Source: Bryobacterales bacterium (lineage in GTDB: Bacteria > Acidobacteriota > Terriglobia > Bryobacterales > UBA6623). Taken from it: a stretch of DNA of 64,000 nucleotides. The notes under the pieces were generated by a model. The model saw nothing but the letters and a program-made list of their open reading frames with translations, was not told the DNA's origin and searched no databases. Positions 7,720-16,839 of the stretch are shown piece by piece. How positions within the stretch are numbered: position 1 is the first letter of the stretch; each line of letters opens with the position of its first letter. The translations under genes were made by a program, and so were the position numbers. Location of the stretch: positions 156,372 to 220,371 of the forward strand of contig CBDBIU010000003.1 of the NCBI GenBank assembly GCA_965206025.1, read 5' to 3'.

Positions 7720-10029
7720 TCAGCGAACAATCTCGAGTAGCAGTTTCTGGGCGGGGCGGTAACTAGGGGCGGCTTCCAGCGCCATGAGGACTTGTTCCCG
7801 AGTCCTTTCGGGGTCCTCCATTTTATGATACGCGCGAGCCAGGTTGAAATGCGCGCCCGCCAGATCGACCGGCGTCAGCGCCAATAGCGTTTTGAACTCA
7901 CGAAGCGCCTCGTCCAGCCGATCAGCATCGAGCAGCCACTCTCCCAACTGGCGATGCAGCTCTTCGTCCCCGGGAGCGATGTAGAGCAAGCCGTCGAGCG
8001 CTTCGATGGCCTCTGTTCGGCGCCCCAATTCGTCCAGCAGCTTGGCGAGCTGCTGGATCTTGGCCGGGCCGCGTCCGCCCCGCTGTTGGTAGCGCTGGAG
8101 TTGCTCGGCGGCGGCCGCTTTATCGTCTTCGGCCAAGTAGGCCTCCGCCAAAAGCGTGTACGAGTTGCCGGACTCAACGTATTCGGGATAGATGGCCTGG
8201 GCCTCGGTGGCGGGCGCGATCACGTCCATCCAGTTCTTCTTCCGCGCGGCTGCGATAGCCTGCTTGGTCAGCTTCCGCCACTCGGGGAATCGTTTGACCA
8301 GTTCGCCCGTGCGCTGTTCGACGAATTCACCGAAGAGGTTGTCGAACTCGGCGCTTGAAATCTCCAGCACGCCGCGAATGTTGTCAGGCGTCGATTTCCC
8401 TTCGCCGAACCCCGTCAGCAGGTCGTGGAGCTTGGAGAAACCCCACCTCTGGGCAATGAACGTACAGACCAGACCCGCCTGGTAATAGGAAACGGGAACT
8501 TGCTTGGGGTTCTTGGGACGGACGAATCCCCCGTCCAGCTCCGCGATGGGCAGAAACTCGCCGTCCTTGATGGCTTTGATGACATCCGGCGAGATGCGAT
8601 CGCCCCAAGCCGGGTCAGCGACCCACTCCTCGTATACGGAGATTCCTTCGCTGAACCATCTGGGAACAAGATGACCGGTCGCCTCGAGCGTAACCACGTG
8701 GGCCATCTCGTGCCACAGCGTGGTCCCCCAGTGGAAGCTCCCGGGACGTCTCCCCGAGGGGCTGTCCATGGCGATGACATACCCGAACGTCACGCCGAGC
8801 AGCCCGACGCCCGGCAACCCCACCGTTCTCACCGCGAAGTCTTCGTGGTCGGGATAAAGCTCGACTTGGACCGGCCGTTGCGGGGAGAATCGGTACTTCG
8901 CGGCGAAAGTGCGCAAGCTGCGCTCAGCCAGCTCGAGGACGTAGGGGCGCAGCGCGGCGGCTTCTTTCTTATGAAGTTTGGCCACAATCCGGGGGCGTTC
9001 GATCGATCGCTCGATTTCTTCGGGACTTCCCAGGATCGCGTCGTCCAGGTTCGAGTAGGAACCGAACTCATCCAGACTGTCGAGCAGCCGCAATGTGTTG
9101 ACGGTCTTCGCGCTAAAGGGATCGGCTTGGTAGGCGATTTCCAGATGGCGCCGGGCCGCTTCGATCTCACCCTCGCGCATCAGGTTGATGGCAAGATCGG
9201 CGTGCGCCGGCCAGAGCCGCGGATCGATTTCAATCGCCCTTTCATACAGCGCGGTCGCTTCGCGGTAGCGCCTGTTGATGATGAAGAAATGAGCGGCGTC
9301 CGAATAGACGCGACCGTAGGTGGGGTTGTAGGCCAAAGCGCGCTGAAACCATTCGCTTTCGCCGTTGCCTCGTAGCATGTCGATCGAAGCCTTGAGCGAA
9401 TAGATTTCGAGCGGCGATTGGCCCGCTTGTTCGGCTTTCTCGAGAGCCTTGTCGAGACTCTCCTCCGCTTGGGCGAGCTTCCCTTCTTCCACCGCCATCC
9501 TGGCCAGCAGCAGGTAGGCTTCGACGAGGTCCGGATCGGCATCGAGGACTTCCTTGGCTAGTTCCAGCGCCTTTCCTTCAAAGCGATTGGAAAAGACGGC
9601 CGCCTTGGCCAACTTGGCGGCGAGGTGGTTCTCGTCGATCTTGAGCGCTTCGTCGAAAAGCTTGGCTGCTTCCGAGGGGTTGTGTGTCTGCAGGAACAGA
9701 TAGCCCCATCTAACGCGGGCGTCGGGGTCTTCGGGTCGGGCCTTGACCACGGCCCGAAACTGGTCGTTCGCCCGCTGAAAGCTCCCCACGGCCCAGTAGA
9801 CTTCCGCGTGCGTGGCCGTATCCGAAGCAGTCTTCAGCAGCTCGAAGTAACAGCCGCGGGCCTCGTTTCGCCGGCCGCGATCCATGAGATCATCGCACGG
9901 CTCGAGATCAGCGCTGCGTCTGCCATGCCCCGGCCCACGCTGGGTAAAAGCGGCTGCGGGCGCAATGAGCGAGATTACAATCAGCGAAACTGCCAACACA
10001 AGAGCATTCCCGGCGCGGCGAGACTTCAC
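7720..10029 (-). CDS. Exported TPR protein with central gluzincin (peptidase MA-like) metallopeptidase domain
   Basis: GTG start after GAAGGGG, signal peptide, many TPRs, HEXXH motif LWHEMAHVV followed by PRWFSEGISVYEE. Confidence 0.85.
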   Translation of the reverse strand: MKSRRAGNALVLAVSLIVISLIAPAAAFTQRGPGHGRRSADLEPCDDLMDRGRRNEARGCYFELLKTASDTATHAEVYWAVGSFQRANDQFRAVVKARPEDPDARVRWGYLFLQTHNPSEAAKLFDEALKIDENHLAAKLAKAAVFSNRFEGKALELAKEVLDADPDLVEAYLLLARMAVEEGKLAQAEESLDKALEKAEQAGQSPLEIYSLKASIDMLRGNGESEWFQRALAYNPTYGRVYSDAAHFFIINRRYREATALYERAIEIDPRLWPAHADLAINLMREGEIEAARRHLEIAYQADPFSAKTVNTLRLLDSLDEFGSYSNLDDAILGSPEEIERSIERPRIVAKLHKKEAAALRPYVLELAERSLRTFAAKYRFSPQRPVQVELYPDHEDFAVRTVGLPGVGLLGVTFGYVIAMDSPSGRRPGSFHWGTTLWHEMAHVVTLEATGHLVPRWFSEGISVYEEWVADPAWGDRISPDVIKAIKDGEFLPIAELDGGFVRPKNPKQVPVSYYQAGLVCTFIAQRWGFSKLHDLLTGFGEGKSTPDNIRGVLEISSAEFDNLFGEFVEQRTGELVKRFPEWRKLTKQAIAAARKKNWMDVIAPATEAQAIYPEYVESGNSYTLLAEAYLAEDDKAAAAEQLQRYQQRGGRGPAKIQQLAKLLDELGRRTEAIEALDGLLYIAPGDEELHRQLGEWLLDADRLDEALREFKTLLALTPVDLAGAHFNLARAYHKMEDPERTREQVLMALEAAPSYRPAQKLLLEIVR

Positions 10030-10069
10030 CCCTTCGCGCCGCGGCCGGTGGCTTCGCCCGGCTGCTGGG

Positions 10070-10984
10070 CTAGCGCTTCTCAACGGTCTCCTCAATGGCG
10101 TTTTGCGTCTGCGCCAATCCGACGAACAGCTTTTCGAGAGTGCTGTAGTACGCCTGCTTCGACAGGCTGTCTTTGTTTGCTTTTACTTCGCTGATCTTGC
10201 GCTCGATCTTCTCGCGGGCGGCAAGCAAGCCGCGCAGTACCGGATCGTCGGCCGCCCGCAGTGACTTTCCCAGCCGCGCGACGGTGAAGCTCGCCGCCGC
10301 GTCCCCCTGCAGACGGGGATGTTCGGTCGCCAGCTGCTTGCTCTTCTCGTAATAATCCTTCACTTTTCGCTGGGCGTAGCGGAAAGCTTCCCGTGCCGTA
10401 ATCGCCTCGTTCTTGTCGCTGTCGGCGGCCGGGTTGCGCAGGGCCTCGACCCAGAATCCCGCGAACACGGTGGCGTTTCGCTCTCGCCCGTTCTTGGTGG
10501 CTGCAATGACGACGCGCCCCTCGCTTTTGAGAGTTTCCAGGGCCCCACCGGCCGAGCTGGTGGTGATGACGACCAATTGGCGCCCAGCCGGCGTGGCGTC
10601 AAGCAGGCGGCGCAGCTCGCCGGCGCTTAAGTCCGGCCCGGGAAGATTGAACTTGTAGTCCTGCCCGTCGTAGCTCCCGTGCCCGATGAGAAAGACCGCC
10701 AGCGAGTCGGCGGGCCCCGTTTCCCGGGTGAGTTGGTCAAACAGGTCCGCCACCGCGCGCCGAGTGGCGCCGCGGCCGAAAATCGCATGGACGCGCGAGG
10801 TGTCGCCGGCGGTTGCTTGACAGAGTTCTTCGAGCTCGCCCACGTACGCGGCAAAGCTCTCTTCGTAACCGGCCTCGCCCCCCAACCCCCCAACGACGAG
10901 GAAATACGTGTTTCCATTGTCAACTTTGGGGAAGGCCGGCATCAGGCAAGCCAGCCAGGCCGCCACGATCCACGCGTTCCTCAT
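10070..10984 (-). CDS. Exported caspase/legumain (C13/C25-like) fold protein with Ser at the catalytic Cys position
   Basis: ATGA overlap with the upstream stop, signal peptide, FLIGHGS His-Gly motif, VVITTSSAGG at the usual D/T-x-C-x-S-G position, C-terminal coiled coil. Confidence 0.65.
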   Translation of the reverse strand: MRNAWIVAAWLACLMPAFPKVDNGNTYFLVVGGLGGEAGYEESFAAYVGELEELCQATAGDTSRVHAIFGRGATRRAVADLFDQLTRETGPADSLAVFLIGHGSYDGQDYKFNLPGPDLSAGELRRLLDATPAGRQLVVITTSSAGGALETLKSEGRVVIAATKNGRERNATVFAGFWVEALRNPAADSDKNEAITAREAFRYAQRKVKDYYEKSKQLATEHPRLQGDAAASFTVARLGKSLRAADDPVLRGLLAAREKIERKISEVKANKDSLSKQAYYSTLEKLFVGLAQTQNAIEETVEKR

Positions 10985-13230
10985 ACGAGTCCCCATCTTC
11001 GCCTGAGCAGCCACTCGGCCGCCCGCAACGCCAGCAGTAGGATGAAAAACGCCGGCATGTCCCACAGATCCATTATCTCGCGCGAGGTGATGCCGGCTTT
11101 GGAGAAACGAATTTCGTCCACGAGACCGGAGACTTGCTCCAGGGTCCAGTAGCGCCCGCCGGTCTGCTCGGCCAGCTTCTCGAGAAGTTCGCGGTTTTGT
11201 TCGGGTCGAAAGTTCTCCGCGACACCGTCTTCGCGCCGAAAATGCCTGGTATCGGAACCGAGCGTCGTCTCGCCGAGGCGCGCGACGGCCTCGACCCTGT
11301 AAGCGCCGGGGGCGGCCACGGTGAGGTCTGCTTCGTACACGCCGTCTTCCTCCGGGGAAGGGTGCATCTCAAGAAGCAGCGGGGCTCCCAACTCGGGTGT
11401 CAACGTGGCCGTGACCGTGGCGCTGTTCGTCAGTTGATGCGCTTTGGTCCGGACTTCGGCGCGCAGCTTCACATAGGCGTCATCGGCGTAAAGCGTCCGG
11501 TCCGTCGTCAGCGAGACCGGCCCCGGCGTCCCGGCTACCAGGCTGCGCAACAGCTGACGCCAAAAAGTGTGGTGGCGGGAGTCGTCGTGCGGGAGCCTCA
11601 TCTTCCAACGCCAGGTTCCTCCCGAAGCCAGAATCATCGACTTGCCCCGGCCATAATTCTGAAGCGCCAGCAACGGCAGGGACCGATCTCCCGCCACAAG
11701 GTTGAGCAGCGGCACGGCGCCCGGCTTCAGATCTCCCACGCGCTGATAGTCAGCGACCGGAGGCAGGCCGCGCCACTGGCGAACGTTCTCCGCGGGGTCG
11801 TCGTGTAGGCGGCAAATGAGCGAATCACGCCCCTGCGCCGTCGGCTCGACTTGGGCCGGCTCGCGCGTGAAAGTTCCGGCCGCCTCCGCGGGCAGCTTAA
11901 CCGGCAGCACGTCAGCCACTTTCGAGGCTCCCCAGCCGCCGTCGCCGAGCCCGCGCCGTCCGCCGAGCATGAGCAACGCGCCACCGCGCCGATTGACGAA
12001 CTCCCTGATGGCCTCTTGCTGCGTGGGCGAGAAAAAGGCCGCCTCGACACTACCGATCACCAGCCCGTGGTAGGAGAACAGTTCCTCGGCTCGAGAGGGA
12101 AATCCCTTGGCCAGCTCGTCGTCGGTGTCTACGCCCTGCCGATAGAACTTGTTCGGGGAAGTGCGCAGCATCGTGACTAGCTGGATGTTGGCGTCATCGC
12201 GGATCGCCCGCCGAAGAAACTTGTACTCCCAGCGCGGTTCCCCCTCGACGTAGAGGATCTTGCGGCGATCCCGCGGCACCTCGATCACGCGGCTCAAGGC
12301 GTTGTTCCCGGCAAGAGTTTCCCCGGGAAGCGGATCGAGCTGGAACGTCAAATTCCGGATCCCGGCTTCGCCCGCGTCGAAATCGACCGATTCGCTGTGA
12401 ACGGTTTGCCCTCTCGGAAGCGTGACTTGTTTCGATGCCAGCACTCGGGACCCGTCGCGGATGCTGAGCCGAGTTGTTTGATCGCCGTCTCCACCGTGGC
12501 GAATCCCCACCTGGGCACTGAGTCGAGAGTGCGGCAGCGCGCGCGGTGAAACGCTGACGTCCCCGATCTCGATGTCGCCGGGAATCTTGGTTCTTCCAAC
12601 ACCCACCGTGTGCACGGGAACGTTTCGCCCGCGGATCTCGGCCATGGCGCGGCGGTCGAAACGCCCCGAATTGTCCGAGCCGTCGGTGAAAATGACGACC
12701 GCTCCCAGAGGTAAGGACGCGGACTCCCGCAGGACACCGGCCACGGCCTCGCCGATGCGGCTACTATTGCCCTCGGCGCTAATCGTTTCGAGGGATTCCA
12801 ATCGCTCCAGCCGTCCCGAGAAGCCATAGAGGCGAACCTGGAAATTCTTTCGGATCTCCTCGATCAAGCCGGCGTCGAGCGCGGCCGCCGCCTTCTCCAG
12901 CCGGGTCTGTTCATCTTCGGCCAACCCCATGCTTCGGGACGTATCGAGCAGCACGGCAACCAGGTTCTGCTCCGCGCGCAAAGATTCAATCCCGATCGCG
13001 GGCTGCCAGAGCAAGAACAGCACCAGGGCGATGGTGCCGAGCTGCAGCGACCAAAACAATGCGGGCCGGCGTCCCGTAAGCCGGCCGCGGTTGCGGTGCA
13101 GATACCAGGCCAACCCGCCCCCTGCAAGCAGAACAAGCGCCGGCAGGAGCCACAGCGGCCATCCGCTGGCGAATATGAATTCGCCTTTGCGGAAAACCGT
13201 CGGAGGGTAGTTGAAAAGGAATTCAAACAC
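10981..13230 (-). CDS. Membrane protein with vWA domain and GATase1-like (putative glutamine amidotransferase) domain
   Basis: N-terminal TMs, MIDAS VLLDTSRSM, FTDGSDN, KILYVEGEPRWEYKFLRRA, FVNRRGGALLMLGG, C-terminal LLALRAAEWLLRRRWGL. Confidence 0.85.
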   Translation of the reverse strand: MFEFLFNYPPTVFRKGEFIFASGWPLWLLPALVLLAGGGLAWYLHRNRGRLTGRRPALFWSLQLGTIALVLFLLWQPAIGIESLRAEQNLVAVLLDTSRSMGLAEDEQTRLEKAAAALDAGLIEEIRKNFQVRLYGFSGRLERLESLETISAEGNSSRIGEAVAGVLRESASLPLGAVVIFTDGSDNSGRFDRRAMAEIRGRNVPVHTVGVGRTKIPGDIEIGDVSVSPRALPHSRLSAQVGIRHGGDGDQTTRLSIRDGSRVLASKQVTLPRGQTVHSESVDFDAGEAGIRNLTFQLDPLPGETLAGNNALSRVIEVPRDRRKILYVEGEPRWEYKFLRRAIRDDANIQLVTMLRTSPNKFYRQGVDTDDELAKGFPSRAEELFSYHGLVIGSVEAAFFSPTQQEAIREFVNRRGGALLMLGGRRGLGDGGWGASKVADVLPVKLPAEAAGTFTREPAQVEPTAQGRDSLICRLHDDPAENVRQWRGLPPVADYQRVGDLKPGAVPLLNLVAGDRSLPLLALQNYGRGKSMILASGGTWRWKMRLPHDDSRHHTFWRQLLRSLVAGTPGPVSLTTDRTLYADDAYVKLRAEVRTKAHQLTNSATVTATLTPELGAPLLLEMHPSPEEDGVYEADLTVAAPGAYRVEAVARLGETTLGSDTRHFRREDGVAENFRPEQNRELLEKLAEQTGGRYWTLEQVSGLVDEIRFSKAGITSREIMDLWDMPAFFILLLALRAAEWLLRRRWGLV

Positions 13231-13452
13231 AAACAGCTACCAGGGAGCCTGACCGGCGATCGGGCCGATGGGTCGCAAAACCGTGGAAAGACGGGCCAAG
13301 TCGAGCCGTTTTCTTGGTGTTGGGCCCATTCCCCAGCCGTTTACCCAAAGACTATCACACGATACTCGGCCGCCATGTGCTTTTGCCCACCGTCGCTGAT
13401 CTCCAGGCGGCGAGAGCGCACCCTGCAGTGAGGGAGGTTCTTCTGAGTCCTC

Positions 13453-13461
13453 TGTTATAAT
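13453..13461 (+). promoter_or_regulatory. Extended -10 promoter for the ferredoxin
   Basis: TGTTATAAT (TGn-TATAAT), 20 nt before ATG 13482. Confidence 0.6.
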
Positions 13462-13481
13462 GCCTTTTTAGGTAGTTCCGC

Positions 13482-13859
13482 ATGGCGACAACCACGGCAG
13501 AGTTGGAATCGGTGGACCTAAGCTACGTGAAAGCGGAGCCTTGGTCGGAGGGCATCAAGACTCCCCGCAAGAAAATACCGAAGGAACTCGCGGTGATCAA
13601 CGAGGCTTGCACGGGTTGCGCCGGTTCTCCGGTTTGCGTCACCTATTGCCCGGTGGAAGAGTGCATGTTCTGGGTGCCGGACGAAGATCACCCGCCTTTC
13701 GGCATAATTGACGTCGACTATCAGCTCTGCATCGGCTGCAAGAAGTGCATCAGCAAAGGTCCCGACGATATTTATCTCGACGGCTGCCCCTGGGATGCGA
13801 TTGATATGGTCCCGATTGAGGATGTTGAGGGCCGGCTGAGCGTCAAGTTCAGCTACTAG
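13482..13859 (+). CDS. 2x[4Fe-4S] ferredoxin-like protein
   Basis: CTGCAGSPVCVTYCP and CIGCKKC-x12-CP cluster motifs with insertions. Confidence 0.85.
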   Translation: MATTTAELESVDLSYVKAEPWSEGIKTPRKKIPKELAVINEACTGCAGSPVCVTYCPVEECMFWVPDEDHPPFGIIDVDYQLCIGCKKCISKGPDDIYLDGCPWDAIDMVPIEDVEGRLSVKFSY

Positions 13860-13989
13860 CGCTCTTTCCGCTTCGGTGCGGCAGCCCTACTCCGACAAAA
13901 GCCCAGCCCAACGGGTGTTTCACCAGCCCGCTAAGGGTCGAACACGTCCCCATCGCCGAACGCGCCGCGGCGAGACCCTGCGGGCCGGT

Positions 13990-15166
13990 GTTTTGCCGGG
14001 GGTGCTGGCCGTTTCTGCCGCCGGTATTCTTTTCACCGGCAGCGTTCAAACAGGGACCGACGGAGCCGCCACTCCTAGGATCCCGAAGAATTCGGCGGCG
14101 GGACGCTGGATGCCTTCTTGTTTGGCTCTTCCGGGTTTTTAGTGGGTGGCCAACGGGTAGCCGGCTCCTCCATCCTGCCGACCCGACGTCGCCCGCAGTC
14201 ACATCGGAGCCCAAAAGGCGGCCAAGAAATCCCCAAATACCCTACACGCCAGTCCGGTCGTGGGCAACTCGTAAAGGGAATAAGACACTGATAAACAGGG
14301 AGTTATCTCTTTGAGTGTGGCCACTGGATGACAGTTGTGGATCTGCATTTCACAGCCTTCGGGAGACTGTACGACTACCTGCCAGCAGCCTTGCTCTACT
14401 CGTAACCCTTTGTTTATCAGTAATTCTTTTTGGCCAACGCAGTCGCCGCCCGGCCTTGGGGGCCGTAGAGTTGTCACGAAGCCCTTGAATGGCACCGAAG
14501 CAGGCTCCGGGAGGTCGGCCTCACAGTGGCGAGGGATCCGTCACTCACCGCCGCCAGCCACTAAAATCCCAGAAGAGCCTCTTGTTTAAGCTCAACGGCG
14601 ACGCTACGGCCTTGGACTATTCGAGCTATCTCGGCGGGATTTCTCCCGACGAGGGTCACGACCTTGCTCTCGACTCGGAAGGCGCCGTCTTCGTCGTCGG
14701 CACGACGATCTCTGGTAATTTCCGAACCACGGCTGGTGCTTTGCGCACGACCAAGACGGGTGATTTTCGCGATGGTTATGTCGTCAAGTTCGGCCCATCG
14801 GGGGAGTCCCTGCTGTTCTCGACCTATCTCGGCGGAGAGGGTCACGACGAAGCCCTCGCCGTGGCGGTCGATTCAACCGGAAGCGCGCACGTCACCGGTT
14901 TTACGAACTCACAGGACGGCGTAGCCACAGCGGACGCTCAGCAAGGAAGTTTTGGGGGCCAGTTCGAGGCTTTCCTTGTGAAACTTGACACGGGGGGCGA
15001 AGTCATCGAATACGGAACGTATTGGGGCGGCTCCAGGAATGACCGGGGACAAGCCGTCGCGCTCGACGCCGCGGGCCGCGTCGCCTTGACGGGGAGAACA
15101 ACCCCGCTCGATTTCCCGACGACGGAGGGCGCCTACCAAACCTCCTACGGCGGCGGAGGTTTCTTC
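13990..15166 (+). pseudogene. SBBP beta-propeller repeat gene remnant: split by a MITE, frameshifted, and truncated at a CTAG repeat
   Basis: Removing the MITE plus one TSD restores ..GGGTLDAFLF-KLNGDATALDYSSYLGG; repeats FSTYLGGEGHDEALAVAVDSTG and YGTYWGGSRNDRGQAVALDAAG. The 5' boundary is approximate. Confidence 0.8.
14124..14579 (+). mobile_element. 456-bp MITE, copy 1 (ISL3-like ends)
   Basis: 22-bp imperfect TIRs GGCTCTTCCGGGTTTTTAGTGG / CCACTAAAATCCCAGAAGAGCC; 8-bp TSD TCTTGTTT at 14116-14123 and 14580-14587. Confidence 0.95.
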
Positions 15167-15193
15167 CGCCACGTGGTGAGAAAAGCGGGCTGG
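15167..15193 (+). repeat. CTAG-bounded repeat family, right-end fragment at the SBBP truncation point
   Basis: CGCCACGTGGTGAGAAAAGCGGGCTGG matches the right arm of the 46435-46476 hairpin. Confidence 0.75.
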
Positions 15194-15450
15194 GCGTCCA
15201 TCCGGTCGGATGCACTCGACAACCAGACTCTCCCGGAGGTCTGCGGCAGTTCGTCGGAGTCGGCGGCCAGTTCGCTCGATCCGCAAGCCGGTCCGCAACG
15301 CCGCCTAACTAACGCGTGCGTTGCATAGGTTCGTTCACCGCACCCCCGCCGCGACGCCCAGTGGACAAAACCTTCCATGTGGGCTATGGTGATTTTGGAC
15401 ACTCACTCGCTCGGCAAATCCTTTGGACGTGCGAGGCTTAGGAGGGAGCT

Positions 15451-16488
15451 GTGACAGCCAAGAAGGCACTTTCCCTGCCGCGTCTTGACCCGACCCGGGA
15501 AGAGGTATTTCTGAATCGCAGACGATTCGTGAAAGACTTGTCGCTCGCCGCGGCTGCGATGATGATGGCCCCTGGAGCGCAAGAAATCACAGCCCAGGAC
15601 GTCTCGATGATGGATCCACTCGCCGTACCGCTGAGCCGTCCGGACGTCTTCCCCGCGAAACGAAATGCGAAGTTTGATCCCGACGGCGTCAAACTGACCG
15701 AGCGACTGGTGGCCGCGCTTCACAATAATTTTTACGAATTCCTCCCCGGCCGGGGCGGCCCCGCGTGGCAGTTCACGGAAAAGTTCAAAATCGAACCTTG
15801 GAAAGTCGAAGTAAGCGGCGAATGCCATAAACCGCGCACCTTCGACCTCGACGATCTGTTCAAGTTCGAGCACGAAGAGAGGATCTACCACTTTCGCTGC
15901 GTGGAAACTTGGGCCATGAATATTCCCTGGACAGGGTTCCCGCTCAAGAAGCTGTTGGAGGCGGTGGAACCCAAGAGCACGGCGCGACACGTTCGCTTCA
16001 TCACAGCCTTAAAGCCCAGCGAGATGCCGGGTGTAGGGGAAAAGCAGTATCCATGGCCGTACTTCGAAGCATTGCGCATGGACGAGGCCATGCACGATCT
16101 GGCGATGGTAGTAACAGGCGTTTATGGAAAACCCCTACTGAAACAGCATGGAGCGCCGGTGCGAATGATTGTTCCTTGGAAGTACGGCTACAAGTCGCCC
16201 AAGTCCATCGTGAAAATCGAACTCGTAAAGAGAAGGCCGGGGACCTTCTGGTCGGCCGGGCCCTACAAACACGAGTACGGCTACTTAAGCAACGTCAATC
16301 CGAACATACCGCACCCTCGCTGGTCGCAGACATGGGACTACATGCTTGTGCCCAACGCCAATCCGCGAAGGGGGCCGCGACAGCCTACCGAGATCTTTAA
16401 CGGCTACGGAGAGATGGTGGCGAGCCTCTATCCGGATGAGCCCACTAGCCCGCAGAAGGCCTTAAGTCCGGGGCAGGTCGCCCGTTAG
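15451..16488 (+). CDS. msrP: Protein-methionine-sulfoxide reductase catalytic subunit MsrP (YedY)
   Basis: Tat motif NRRRFVK, NNFYEF, Mo-ligand Cys in FRCVETW, EALRMDEAMHDL, HGAPVRMIVPWKYGYKSPKSI, NVNPNIPHPRWSQ. Confidence 0.92.
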   Translation: MTAKKALSLPRLDPTREEVFLNRRRFVKDLSLAAAAMMMAPGAQEITAQDVSMMDPLAVPLSRPDVFPAKRNAKFDPDGVKLTERLVAALHNNFYEFLPGRGGPAWQFTEKFKIEPWKVEVSGECHKPRTFDLDDLFKFEHEERIYHFRCVETWAMNIPWTGFPLKKLLEAVEPKSTARHVRFITALKPSEMPGVGEKQYPWPYFEALRMDEAMHDLAMVVTGVYGKPLLKQHGAPVRMIVPWKYGYKSPKSIVKIELVKRRPGTFWSAGPYKHEYGYLSNVNPNIPHPRWSQTWDYMLVPNANPRRGPRQPTEIFNGYGEMVASLYPDEPTSPQKALSPGQVAR

Positions 16489-16719
16489 ACGGTTCCGATG
16501 GTTAGCTAGGAGAACTTCCAATCCTACCCGGTCGACTTCTCGGGCGGCGCGTCATACCGCGGGAGACATTTCTATTGGGCCTTGACAAAAACACATAGCC
16601 CGCAGCATTTTCTCATCGAAGGATGAGCCTGAAGACGGGGGTTGGGGCTTTTTGAGTCGCTGGGGCTCCTTTCGGGCTTTTTGATTTTGAGTTTTGGGAA
16701 GGGGAGAATCGTCGTCGGG

Positions 16720-16825
16720 GTTGTGGGATTGTGGGAATCGCGGAGCGATTTCCAAGGGCGGTGGGAAACGAAGGGAAACCTGGTTTTGGTTTTCCTCGTT
16801 TTCCATCGCCCGTCATTTCCACAGC
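16720..16825 (+). ncRNA. Candidate structured RNA at the IS 3' end, antisense to the transposase
   Basis: Three-stem fold (closing stem 16720-31/16814-25, hairpins 16733-53 and 16756-16811) with six G-U pairs on this strand. Weak TTGATT-N17-GAGAAT at 16681-16709 just upstream. Confidence 0.45.
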
Positions 16826-16839
16826 CCTCTTCCTGCTGT

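Noticed and set aside
14199-14589. ORFs inside the MITE (MPFKGFVTT..., MWICISQ..., MAPKQAPG...), repeated at 19966-20977 and 44152-44912
   Set aside because: They are by-products of the repeat with no recognisable motifs, and their ends change with the flanking DNA.
16582-16603. Sequence-specific IS targeting of the CTAG-repeat terminus (the empty site of copy 1 reads AAGCGGGCTA)
   Set aside because: The copy 2 target shows no such similarity; one case is compatible with chance.
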